A DNA stretch of 32,000 nucleotides from Candidatus Heimdallarchaeota archaeon B3_Heim (GCA_003144275.1 NJBF01000026.1:35363-67362); one strand, 5' to 3'. Shown: positions 16,327-25,502, counted from the stretch's first letter. Notes: generated by a model from the sequence alone, not told the origin. Numbers and translations: made by a program.

Positions 16327-17520
16327 ATGCCAGAAAGTGTGGATGACAAAAAAGCCACGTTCGATGAGTTCACTGATTCTTATACTCGTACAATGGAACG
16401 TCGGATACGTACACTGGAAACGGAGAAACAATTACTAGAAGTTCAACGAAATAAGTTAGAAGAGGATCGGGATAACTTAAGACTCGAACTACAAAAACTG
16501 AAACAACCTCCTCTGTTTACAGGCACATTGTTAGAAGTTCTAGAGAATGGAAAAGCTATCGTGAAGAGTTCTACTGGGCCTTCATTCGTTGTTGTTATTG
16601 ATTCGACCATTCCGAAGGACATACTTGTTCCTAATAGTCGAGTTGCTCTTCACCAGAGAAACTTTGCTATACTGGAAATTCTTCCCCAGAGCACAGATCC
16701 CCTTGTACGTAGCATGGAGATTGATATAAAACCATCTGAAACCTATGAGGATATTGGTGGGTTACGAGATCAATTGTTAGACCTTCGCGAAACGGTCGAG
16801 CTTCCTCTTTTACAACCCGAACTTTTTGAAAAGGTAGGAATTGAACCACCTAAAGGTGTTTTGCTGCATGGCCCTCCAGGTTCAGGAAAAACTCTCATGG
16901 TGAAAGCCGTTGCTCATGAAACACAAGCCACTTTCATTCGAGTCATTGGTTCCGAGCTGGTCCAGAAATACATCGGTGAAGGCGCACGATTAGTCCGTGA
17001 AGTGTTTGCTTATGCCCGTGATAATTCCCCAAGTATCCTATTCATTGATGAATTAGATGCTATCGGAAGTAAGCGGCTTGATATTGCCACAAGCGGTGAT
17101 CGTGAAGTTCAAAGGACATTAATGCAATTATTAAGTGAGTTAGATGGTTTTTCCCCACGTGGAGATGTGAAGATCATTGGAGCGACTAATCGTGTGGATA
17201 TACTTGATCCAGCATTGATGCGACCTGGACGATTTGATAGACATATTGAGGTTCCCTTACCAAATCTCGAAGAGAGATTCGAGATTCTCAAAATTCATTC
17301 AAGAAGTATGAATATTGAGAAAAATGTTGATTTGAATTTAGTTGCCACTCAAATGGTTGAAGCGTCTGGTGCAGATATTCGTGCCATAACTCAAGAAGCA
17401 GGCATGTTTGCTATACGAGAAAGAGTGACAATTGTAAAGTCAAAACACTTCCTTTCTGCAATCGATAAAGTGATATCCAAGAAGAAGGAAACTCTGTCTG
17501 GCAAGAATGAATATACTTGA
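16327..17520 (+). CDS. pan: Proteasome-activating nucleotidase (AAA+)
   Basis: N-terminal coiled coil and OB domain, [46 protein letters not shown]. The ATG at 16327 with a GTAGGT SD is preferred over the track's TTG at 16297. Confidence 0.97.
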   Translation: MPESVDDKKATFDEFTDSYTRTMERRIRTLETEKQLLEVQRNKLEEDRDNLRLELQKLKQPPLFTGTLLEVLENGKAIVKSSTGPSFVVVIDSTIPKDILVPNSRVALHQRNFAILEILPQSTDPLVRSMEIDIKPSETYEDIGGLRDQLLDLRETVELPLLQPELFEKVGIEPPKGVLLHGPPGSGKTLMVKAVAHETQATFIRVIGSELVQKYIGEGARLVREVFAYARDNSPSILFIDELDAIGSKRLDIATSGDREVQRTLMQLLSELDGFSPRGDVKIIGATNRVDILDPALMRPGRFDRHIEVPLPNLEERFEILKIHSRSMNIEKNVDLNLVATQMVEASGADIRAITQEAGMFAIRERVTIVKSKHFLSAIDKVISKKKETLSGKNEYT

Positions 17521-17529
17521 ATTTCGCCA

Positions 17530-18021
17530 TTAATTTGGAGAGGGAGAACTATCCATTTTTCGAGGCTGTACTATTTTGTCCCAAGCAGAATAACACATAT
17601 CTAATATGGATTTAAAAGCAATAATTGCCGTTTCTTCCTCCTCTCGCGGATGATGTAGTTTATCGGGGTTTAAGCTCTCCATCAAACAAGCTACATAGGT
17701 ATCAATCGAGATTAAATTTTGTATCCAAAAAAATAGTACGAGAGCTTCGACTAGATCGGCGACTTGGCCTTTCTTTCCTTTTAACTTTAAGTAATCAGTT
17801 TTTATCCAGAGAGATGACCGATAGGCATGTGATAAAATTAAATCAGAAACTTTAGTGCCTGTAGTAGAATTCGTTACTCCGCTCTTTGCCAAAGAATAAA
17901 TGAAATTTACGAATGAATCGCCTAATTTTGCATTCCCCTTCGCAAAAATGAAATCTCGGATAATTTTTTGAGGATCCCCCCCCTCTAAAGAAGTTTTTAA
18001 TCGTTCCTGAATGAAAGACAC
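17530..18021 (-). CDS. Archaeal stand-alone RNase III-family protein
   Basis: NAKLGDSFVNFIYSLAKS and ADLVEAL match the two RNase III signature helices of the small archaeal family. No dsRBD. GTG start. Confidence 0.75.
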   Translation of the reverse strand: MSFIQERLKTSLEGGDPQKIIRDFIFAKGNAKLGDSFVNFIYSLAKSGVTNSTTGTKVSDLILSHAYRSSLWIKTDYLKLKGKKGQVADLVEALVLFFWIQNLISIDTYVACLMESLNPDKLHHPREEEETAIIAFKSILDMCYSAWDKIVQPRKMDSSPSPN

Positions 18022-18058
18022 ACTTAAACCCGAATCCCGATGGATTCATAACAATTTT

Positions 18059-18334
18059 CTAAGTAATGCTAGATGTAACAAGATCAGTCAGGTCTTCACA
18101 ATGTTTGTTAATTGTGTCAGCCGCGATCTTTAGGGCATCAATGGGGTTAATGCCCTCTGTACGGAGATAGAAAATCGGGTTCTCAAGAAGGGGGTGGGGA
18201 AATCTATACGCTGCGAAAAGAACTCCCTCTTGATCCTTTAATGATTCTCTAAGTAGGTTTAAAAATGTATGATTTTCACCTGCTATCTCAACTTCCAGTA
18301 AAGATTCTTCTTTTCGTACAATTTTTGCTTGCAA
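18059..18334 (-). CDS. rpoL: DNA-directed RNA polymerase subunit L (Rpo11)
   Basis: EIAGENHTFLNLLRESL...FAAYRFPHPL. TTG at 18334 with a GGAGAG SD gives the typical N-terminus (the track starts at 18370). Confidence 0.95.
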   Translation of the reverse strand: MQAKIVRKEESLLEVEIAGENHTFLNLLRESLKDQEGVLFAAYRFPHPLLENPIFYLRTEGINPIDALKIAADTINKHCEDLTDLVTSSIT

Positions 18335-18671
18335 CTGAATATTTCTCTCCAAACGTAAGTGATTTATCAATGAATGCTTTCTAACATTAGTTCAAATACT
18401 TTCTTTTCCACTAAGGAGTTATTGAAGTTAATTGATTCACTCTCCCTTGACTTAAAAATGGAGGAACACTCTCTCCAACTTAATTATACTGCCAGTTAGT
18501 GGGACCAAAAAACTGAAATGAATCAGGATAAGACATTAATCGGCCAGGTCCTTATTCGTGACTTGTTTTGCGTTCTCAATCAAGAGGTACTTTGGATTGA
18601 GATTACTAATCCCTTCCCATGAAAGATACGAAAGTTAATTAGAAAGGGATAAGAAAGAATATACGACCTGA

Positions 18672-18788
18672 GTCGGGATATCCAAGCCTGGTAATCAGCC
18701 ATGAGGGCCATACTGGACTAGAATGGAGCCAGCCTGCTAAGTTGGTGTTCTTTTGAACTCGGGGGTTCAAATCCCCCTCCCGACGCCA
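18672..18788 (+). tRNA. tRNA-Ser(GCT) with a 30-nt D-arm intron and encoded CCA
   Basis: Acceptor GTCGGGA/TCCCGAC, anticodon arm CCAGC-CTGCTAA-GTTGG, long variable arm GTTC-TTTT-GAAC, discriminator G then CCA. Intron 18694-18723 lies in a BHB (CTGG/CTAG helix). Confidence 0.92.
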
Positions 18789-19083
18789 TTTATTCTTTTA
18801 AATTCTTGAATACATTCGGTTATAATTGTTTTCTAACTGTAGTACGTGAAGATTTTCTCTCCATATTCAACTTTAAAGATGAACTATTGATTTCCTTGCA
18901 ATAACATTGAAGATCAGAATTCTCCACAAATCGTGAAATTTGGGAAAAATAACAATCATTTAGTGTGGCTATTAACACCACAGAAAAAGTTTCAAAAATT
19001 CTTAACTTTAGAAAAATATAAGCAACATGGGGAATAAATAGAAATTTCCACCAATTTGGTGAATTAATAGCTAGAAGAGGGAG

Positions 19084-19194
19084 GGCCGGTGCGGGGAATC
19101 GAACCCCGACATGGTGGGCCACAACCACCGATTATAGTGATCTAGATACCAGAATAGGGATCTCTATCAAGACTACCATTATCCTACACCGGCC
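19084..19194 (-). tRNA. tRNA-His(GTG) with encoded G-1 and a 39-nt intron at 24/25
   Basis: G-1:C73, acceptor GCCGGTG/CACCGGC, anticodon arm GGTGG-TTGTGGC-CCACC. Intron 19132-19170 lies in a clean BHB (GTAG/CTAT helix, TGAT/ATCA intron stem). The mature length is 72 nt. Confidence 0.9.
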
Positions 19195-19316
19195 TGTGCG
19201 TTGGATTTAATTGTTGGTCGTATTTGTGCTCTATTTTCGCTTTTTTCTTTATAAAGAATTCTTCATTGATAATCCATTTATGATTTATCCTCAATAATTC
19301 TGAGTCTTGGGAATTT

Positions 19317-20674
19317 CAGTCTTAACGTAACTTATAAAGCTTCAGATTTGCTAGTAAGAGCAGCCAAAAGCCTTATATAGTGATGATTCTGAATATAGAG
19401 ATATCTGAGGTCTCTATATGAAATTTCCCAGAATCACCAAACAATTTGTTCAGAAAGAGCTTTATAAGCTTTGTGATGGTTATGATACTTCACAATTAAT
19501 TCACAAATATTCGTTGAAAAGTACCTGGTATCCTCAAGACATCATCAAAAGGCTAATTCAGGTGTGTTTAGAGCGTACATCCCTAGAGGACATTTGCTCA
19601 TCGAGTGAAGGTCCTTCCGCTGATACTGTCCATAGACGATGTTCGGAACTTCAATTCGACCAAACGGAACAATTAGTCAATGGATGGCTCATTGAAGTGG
19701 CTTCACGTTTACGTTTCCATCCAAACACAAAAATTACCCTTGCTTTTGATATGTACTACCAACCTTATTATGAGAATCCTACTGCAGAGTGGGTTAGTGG
19801 TTATAAGAGGAATAAGGGTACAAATTATGCCATTTGCATGCTAGTGGCATCCATTGCTACTCAAAAGATTCGTTGTCCTGTAGCAGTACGTTTTATGACG
19901 AAAATCCGTCATAAAGAAAAAGCTGGACTTGTAAGTAGCATTTTGGATGATCTTTTTGATTGGTTACCTGTTAAACGAGTTCTTTTCGATCGAGGTTTCT
20001 GTCAAGAAGATATTATCCAGTTAGCAGAAGATAGAGGATTAGAATATATTATTGCAGCCGTTCGACATAGTACAATAAAACGAGCAGCCCAGACGATTCA
20101 AGAAACCGTACAGGCCCACGCTAGACTAGCTGGTGTCAATGTGGACGATCCTTTCGTTTTGGGTCAGTGGGCTTGCCAGCAAGGAATAGATACTTTTCGG
20201 GTTGAATACGTGGCTACAGGGAGGAAAAGAACCCAAGTTCCCTTAGTTGCCGCTTTTGTACGTAAGCGGACGTATCTTCAAAAACACCTTAAAAGGCGAA
20301 CTTACGGACTCTATCTCTATTTAACCAATACAAATGTTACCCCCAGACGAGTAGTCAAGTTATATAGTAAGAGGTGGATTGTTGAGACCGACATTCGATG
20401 TACCAATGAATTCAAAGCAGTAACGAATAGTACGAACCCTCAGCTACGATTACTCCTCTATGGGTTAGCAATGGTATTTAACGCTCTTTGGATAGTTTTT
20501 TCCACATTATTTCACCGTCTATCTGGTTTATCCTCTGAAATACTATCTGAAGAAGCTACGATTTCTATTAAACAGGCAGATAAACTAATCTGTATCGCAA
20601 GACGGTTTAAACGTTTCTTACGTCAAGAAATACTACCACAAATTCATTTTTTGGGAGGTGATACGTGAAAACTG
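19317..20674 (+). mobile_element. Complete insertion sequence, ISH3-like (IS4 superfamily-type DDE), 1358 bp
   Basis: Imperfect 15-bp TIRs CAGTCTTAACGTAAC (19317-19331) vs CAGTTTTCACGTATC (reverse complement of 20660-20674), 12/15 identical. Direct repeat GAATTT at 19311-19316 and 20675-20680. One intact transposase ORF. Confidence 0.9.
19418..20668 (+). CDS. DDE transposase, ISH3-like
   Basis: LAFDMYYQPYY (D1), VLFDRGF (D2), YSKRWIVETDIR (E, YREK-like). The stop codon lies inside the right TIR. Confidence 0.92.
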   Translation: MKFPRITKQFVQKELYKLCDGYDTSQLIHKYSLKSTWYPQDIIKRLIQVCLERTSLEDICSSSEGPSADTVHRRCSELQFDQTEQLVNGWLIEVASRLRFHPNTKITLAFDMYYQPYYENPTAEWVSGYKRNKGTNYAICMLVASIATQKIRCPVAVRFMTKIRHKEKAGLVSSILDDLFDWLPVKRVLFDRGFCQEDIIQLAEDRGLEYIIAAVRHSTIKRAAQTIQETVQAHARLAGVNVDDPFVLGQWACQQGIDTFRVEYVATGRKRTQVPLVAAFVRKRTYLQKHLKRRTYGLYLYLTNTNVTPRRVVKLYSKRWIVETDIRCTNEFKAVTNSTNPQLRLLLYGLAMVFNALWIVFSTLFHRLSGLSSEILSEEATISIKQADKLICIARRFKRFLRQEILPQIHFLGGDT

Positions 20675-20737
20675 GAATTTAGGTGCTTATAAATTACTTT
20701 TTGTTTGTTCTATATAATAAGAGAAGCCTGGATATTC

Positions 20738-21577
20738 ATGAAAATACAGGAGGAGGTTTATTCGTGGCCTATGAAGCTGATGAGGTCAATATTGAATTAC
20801 AAGAGCGATTTACATTATCCGAGTTATGATAATAATCACTGGATTGCGAATACCTGGAATGATTTTTTAGATAGTGAAGGGATAAGGTTAGAATCTATCT
20901 GGAAATTTTATTCAGAAATTAAAAATAAATTTGATAATGGGTGGGTGCTAATCAGTAAAAAAAATGAAAAAAGGCCTCTATTACGGTGTTATGGCCAATT
21001 CTTTAATCAGATGATGAATTTTTTTCTGGATAAAGGACAATTTCCAACCAATTGCTATGAAGATTGGCTTTATTTTACAGGAAAAATGAATGGAATGAGC
21101 CCTTTCATTCGTCTAAAGATTAATAATTCCTCCAAAGATATGTCAGAAGTTTATCTAGTTTTAAATGCTAATTATAAATGGAATAAAATTGGTTTTGAGC
21201 GATTTAGAAAATATATCAAGCCCAATAATCAAAAATACACATTTTTGAGGATAATTGCAGACGAAATTTCATTAAACAATAAAATTGAGCTTAAAACGTC
21301 ATTAATTACCCAGATGCAGAGGAAGAATTATAGATATCCTGACAATTCAAAGAATAATAATAAGTCTTGGTTTACTAAAGTATTCAAACTTAAATCATGT
21401 GAAGATTTAATAACTGAATTATTAGAACTTTTTTTCCGAATTCATGTAGAAAGATTAGGAGGAGAAGCCAGCTTTAGGAATCATGCAAAAGATTCCCCAC
21501 GAAAAATGAAACTCCTTGAATTTTACAATACCTATGGTTCAGTTTATGGATTATTTAATGAACAAAGTCTCTCTTAA
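20738..21577 (+). CDS. Hypothetical protein (orphan, AT-rich)
   Basis: Long ORF rich in N/K/F/W. A TATATAAT box at 20711-20718, 27 nt before the ATG at 20738, suggests a leaderless start here rather than the TTG at 20705. Confidence 0.65.
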   Translation: MKIQEEVYSWPMKLMRSILNYKSDLHYPSYDNNHWIANTWNDFLDSEGIRLESIWKFYSEIKNKFDNGWVLISKKNEKRPLLRCYGQFFNQMMNFFLDKGQFPTNCYEDWLYFTGKMNGMSPFIRLKINNSSKDMSEVYLVLNANYKWNKIGFERFRKYIKPNNQKYTFLRIIADEISLNNKIELKTSLITQMQRKNYRYPDNSKNNNKSWFTKVFKLKSCEDLITELLELFFRIHVERLGGEASFRNHAKDSPRKMKLLEFYNTYGSVYGLFNEQSLS

Positions 21578-22603
21578 ATGGACTCTCTTGAAACGGATAT
21601 TTTTATTTGTGATAAATCATGGATAATGAAGAATTTATGGTCATGGATTGAAAAAAAATGTGAGAGAGAAAACACTGCTCGTTCTGAAAAGAAATTTGTG
21701 GAATATTCGTCTGATATATTATCTGCTACGTCTATATGCAGGAAAATCCAAGAATTGAAGTATATCCATGCCAAGAGATGCGATATAGTTTATAATCAGG
21801 TCAAAATTAAGTCTACCAAGTTTTATGAGATCAGTAAGAACAGAAAGATCTTCTTAAACGAAAATAAAAGGAATAGTTTCAATAGATTAAATGCAGCGAT
21901 TATCCAAGATAGTGAGGTACGTAATGAAATAACGCGTATTACTAAAGAAATTGATGATTTCACTCAATTAGATTTATCGGTTAAAGTTGAATCAGAGGAT
22001 CGCTGGGCCAGAGTGACCTCTGGGGATAGTCCCTTGATTGATAAACCAGATATTATAACTTACCAATTTGAAGATGCAAAGAAAGGTAAGGCTAGAGAAC
22101 TCATTCAAAATAAACTAATCAGAGAGCTTGGACATCAAAAAGGAAAAATTTCTTCAAGAGATTATTTGTTAGATTTTTGTAAAACAATAGGACATTATTC
22201 AACAAAGGATGGAACAGGGCTTATAAAACTTCAACTAGAGCTTCTTGAGAGGGGAGAGACTCTTGGTGGAAAAATACCTTTTGCTAAAAGAAACCACGCT
22301 GTTATAATCAGTTATTGGGGGGTTAGCTTCCCTATGATGCAAAGATTGGGAGATGTAATTGCGTCAGTTATTCTGCGAAAGTATAGTGACAGTATACAAA
22401 ATGAATCTTGCTTAATAGATGAAGTGTCGAAAAATTTATCCCTTGGGAAGAAAGCTCTAAATGGTAGACAATTAGAATCTATATCGAAAAGCACTATTAA
22501 GTCAATAATAGGTGATACTAAAATGGGAGAGACTACTTATTTGAAGAATCGATTTTTATCATTTTTAGAGCAATATATCAGTGAACTAAGAAACGAAAAT
22601 TAA
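21578..22603 (+). CDS. Hypothetical protein (orphan), possible nuclease-like KPDII motif
   Basis: 341-aa ORF whose ATG abuts the previous stop (TAA-ATG). No family recognised with confidence. Confidence 0.65.
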   Translation: MDSLETDIFICDKSWIMKNLWSWIEKKCERENTARSEKKFVEYSSDILSATSICRKIQELKYIHAKRCDIVYNQVKIKSTKFYEISKNRKIFLNENKRNSFNRLNAAIIQDSEVRNEITRITKEIDDFTQLDLSVKVESEDRWARVTSGDSPLIDKPDIITYQFEDAKKGKARELIQNKLIRELGHQKGKISSRDYLLDFCKTIGHYSTKDGTGLIKLQLELLERGETLGGKIPFAKRNHAVIISYWGVSFPMMQRLGDVIASVILRKYSDSIQNESCLIDEVSKNLSLGKKALNGRQLESISKSTIKSIIGDTKMGETTYLKNRFLSFLEQYISELRNEN

Positions 22604-22769
22604 TCACACATTCAGAATGAAGGAGGATAAAATAATTGTCACCTTAATCCTCTTTTCTCAATTTTTTGAAGATGAATTTATCCTATATCTTTGATAGATT
22701 TGACTTTGAGTAAGGCCTATTTAACTAGAAATCAAAGGTAGAGTAAAGAATTCATTCGGATATTTACCA

Positions 22770-23318
22770 ATGACTCAAGATAAGCAAGCGTCACCCTCAT
22801 TAACACTCGGCTGTATTCATGTTATTACGGGTGATGGGAAAGGAAAAACCACTTCTGCGTTAGGTCTTGCGCTAAGAGCCGCGGGTCACGACCTGAAGAC
22901 CTTAATGATTCAATTTATGAAAAAAGGATGGGATTATGGAGAATTGAGAGCAGTCCAGTCATTCCCAAATATCCAGATTATCCAGTACGGCACTCCTGAT
23001 TTTGTGAACAAAGCTAATCCCCTGCCTATCGATTTTCAGGAAGCTCAAGCAGCTCTGGCGCACTTTAAAAAGGAATTGAGTAATAATTGGGATATTATCA
23101 TATTAGATGAGGTTAACGTGGCACTTGATTATCACTTAATTTCTGAGCAGGAGGTTCTTGATCTTCTCGAGAGAAAACCTAAAAATCTTGAGGTCATATT
23201 AACTGGTAGATATGCCAGTCAAGCCATAATTGACCTAGCTGATTATTATACAACAATACAATCTGTTAAACATCCGTATCAACATAACATTAATGCCCGA
23301 AAAGGTGTAGAATTTTGA
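22770..23318 (+). CDS. cobO: Cob(I)alamin adenosyltransferase, CobA/CobO/BtuR type
   Basis: [48 protein letters not shown]...ARKGVEF. Confidence 0.95.
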   Translation: MTQDKQASPSLTLGCIHVITGDGKGKTTSALGLALRAAGHDLKTLMIQFMKKGWDYGELRAVQSFPNIQIIQYGTPDFVNKANPLPIDFQEAQAALAHFKKELSNNWDIIILDEVNVALDYHLISEQEVLDLLERKPKNLEVILTGRYASQAIIDLADYYTTIQSVKHPYQHNINARKGVEF

Positions 23319-25030
23319 CTACCTCTCCGAAACGTCCCAATAAAGACCCAAATACAGAAACCCCCCCCGATCGTGCTGAAATCCTTCAGAAGCGAAAAAA
23401 TTGGGAGGAAGAATATGAGCAATTAATGAAAAAAAAGCCTGAGAGACTTTCTAGCTTCATTACAACATCAAGTATGCCAATTAACCGTCTTTATGATCCT
23501 ACCGATCTACCACAAGATTGGAGCTACTTAAAAGACGTGGGTTATCCAGGTGAATTTCCTTATACTCGCGGAGTACAGCAAACTATGTATCGTGGTCGTT
23601 TGTGGACAATGAGACAATTTGCTGGTTTTGGAGGAGCAGAAGAGACTAACCAAAGATTTAAATTTCTTTTAGCTAACGGAATGACAGGTCTGAGTGTGGC
23701 CTTTCATCTACCTACTCTGTATGGACGAGAGTCGACACATCCGATGTCTCTGGGGGAAGTGGGGAAACTTGGAGTAGCCATTGACACATTACGGGATATG
23801 GAAATTCTTTTTGACGGAATTCCGTTAGACAAAGTTACTACCTCGATGACTATTAATGCTCCTGCAGCCATTCTGCTGTCTATGTATATCGCAGTAGCAG
23901 AAAAACAAGGCGTTTCCCCAGATCAAATAGGAGGGACAATACAAAACGACATTCTTAAGGAGTATATGGCGCAAAAATCATATATATTCCCACCTAAGTC
24001 ATCGATGCGGCTTATCGTTGATACAATTAAATATTGTTCTAAATTTGTCCCTAGGTGGAATACGATATCGATTTCTGGTTATCACATCCGTGAAGCAGGA
24101 TCTACTGCGGCTCAAGAGCTCGCATTTACCCTGATCAATGGATTAGAATACGTTAAATGGGCCGTCAAATCAGGGATGGAAATAGATGAATTTGCACCTA
24201 GATTATCATTCTTTTTTAATTCGCATAACGATTTCTTCGAAGAAATTGCTAAATTCCGAGCAGCCCGGCGTATTTGGGCACGGTGGATGAGAAAGTTCTC
24301 TCCAAAGAATGAACGCTCTCTCTGGCTTAGATTTCATACACAGACTGCAGGTTGTTCTTTAACAGCTCAACAGCCGTATAATAACGTTGTACGAACTACT
24401 GTTCAATCTATGGCTGCTGTAATAGGCGGCACACAGTCGTTACATACTAATTCGTTGGATGAAGCCCTTGCTTTACCCAGTGAAGATGCAGTAGAAATAG
24501 CATTACGTACGCAACAAATAATTGCTCATGAAAGTGGACTTACTAATACGATTGATCCATTTGCAGGGAGTTATTTCGTGGAGAGCCTTACAAACTTGAT
24601 GGAAAAAGAAGTTGAAGACTATCTCCAAAAAGTAGACCAACTCGGAGGAGTAATCCCCGCTATTGAGAAGGGATTCTTCCAGCAAGAGATCGCGAATGCA
24701 GCTTACCAATATCAAAAGGAAATCGAAAAAAATGAAAGGACCATCGTAAGTGTTAACGATTTTACCAAAGATGAAGATATTAAAATTCCAATTTTACAAA
24801 TTGGAGATGAGATTGCTGAAAGACAAAAAAAGCGATTAGAACAAGTTAAACAGGAAAGAAATACTGAAAAAGTAACTAACGCCTTATTAAAAATTCAAGA
24901 AGCAGCCAAGGGAAACGAAAATTTGTTTCCACTGATATTAGATGCAGTAAAATTGTATGCCTCCATTGGGGAAATATGCGATGTTCTAAGGGAAGTTTTT
25001 GGAGAATGGAAAGGAGATTTATTGTTTTAA
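23315..25030 (+). CDS. B12-dependent acyl-CoA mutase, large (substrate-binding) subunit; isobutyryl-CoA-mutase-type active site
   Basis: [61 protein letters not shown]. The TTG start overlaps the cobO stop. Confidence 0.95.
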   Translation: MTTSPKRPNKDPNTETPPDRAEILQKRKNWEEEYEQLMKKKPERLSSFITTSSMPINRLYDPTDLPQDWSYLKDVGYPGEFPYTRGVQQTMYRGRLWTMRQFAGFGGAEETNQRFKFLLANGMTGLSVAFHLPTLYGRESTHPMSLGEVGKLGVAIDTLRDMEILFDGIPLDKVTTSMTINAPAAILLSMYIAVAEKQGVSPDQIGGTIQNDILKEYMAQKSYIFPPKSSMRLIVDTIKYCSKFVPRWNTISISGYHIREAGSTAAQELAFTLINGLEYVKWAVKSGMEIDEFAPRLSFFFNSHNDFFEEIAKFRAARRIWARWMRKFSPKNERSLWLRFHTQTAGCSLTAQQPYNNVVRTTVQSMAAVIGGTQSLHTNSLDEALALPSEDAVEIALRTQQIIAHESGLTNTIDPFAGSYFVESLTNLMEKEVEDYLQKVDQLGGVIPAIEKGFFQQEIANAAYQYQKEIEKNERTIVSVNDFTKDEDIKIPILQIGDEIAERQKKRLEQVKQERNTEKVTNALLKIQEAAKGNENLFPLILDAVKLYASIGEICDVLREVFGEWKGDLLF

Positions 25031-25048
25031 TTCAAAGGAAGTCATTCA

Positions 25049-25459
25049 ATGAGCACAAGTCAAAAAATACGCGTATTATTAGCTAAACCAGGGTTAGATG
25101 GTCATGATCGGGGTGTTAAAGTTGTCGCAAGGGCATTGCGTGATGCTGGAATGGAAGTAATATACACAGGATTGCACAAAAGTCCAGAAGCAATTATAGA
25201 GGCCGCGTTACAGGAAGATGTAGATGTCATTGGGCTTTCCAGCTTAAGCGGTTCACACATGGCACTTTTTACACGAATTATGGAGCTCCTTGCAGAAAAA
25301 GAAATGGCAGAGGATACACTTGTTGTAGCTGGGGGAATTATTCCCGACGATGATGTTCCAAAGCTTGAGAAAATCGGAATCAAAGGTATTTTTGGTCCTG
25401 GTGCGGAAACAGATACCATAGCAAATTTTATCAGAGCAAATATTAAACGTACCTTGTAA
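25049..25459 (+). CDS. B12-dependent mutase, small cobalamin-binding subunit
   Basis: [10 protein letters not shown] (DxHxxG), [22 protein letters not shown]. Confidence 0.96.
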   Translation: MSTSQKIRVLLAKPGLDGHDRGVKVVARALRDAGMEVIYTGLHKSPEAIIEAALQEDVDVIGLSSLSGSHMALFTRIMELLAEKEMAEDTLVVAGGIIPDDDVPKLEKIGIKGIFGPGAETDTIANFIRANIKRTL

Positions 25460-25502
25460 GAGTGATAACGATTTCGATAATTCTACAATATTGGGTTATA
25501 AC

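Noticed and set aside
16143-16373. 76-aa minus-strand ORF between mbf1 and pan
   Set aside because: It overlaps the pan start and promoter region and has no recognisable motif.
18371-18671. Possible small gene between rpoL and tRNA-Ser (34-codon plus-strand ORF MNQDKTLIGQ...)
   Set aside because: It is too short, has no SD or motif, and the region must hold two divergent promoters.
18820-19128. 102-aa minus-strand ORF in the track
   Set aside because: Its first codons lie inside tRNA-His and the remainder is low-complexity AT-rich spacer between convergent tRNAs.
19380-19408. C-box (GTGATGA) and two CTGA D-box-like words upstream of the transposase
   Set aside because: The first CTGA is only 2 nt from the C box and the second lacks an adjacent closing stem, so no convincing C/D K-turn forms.
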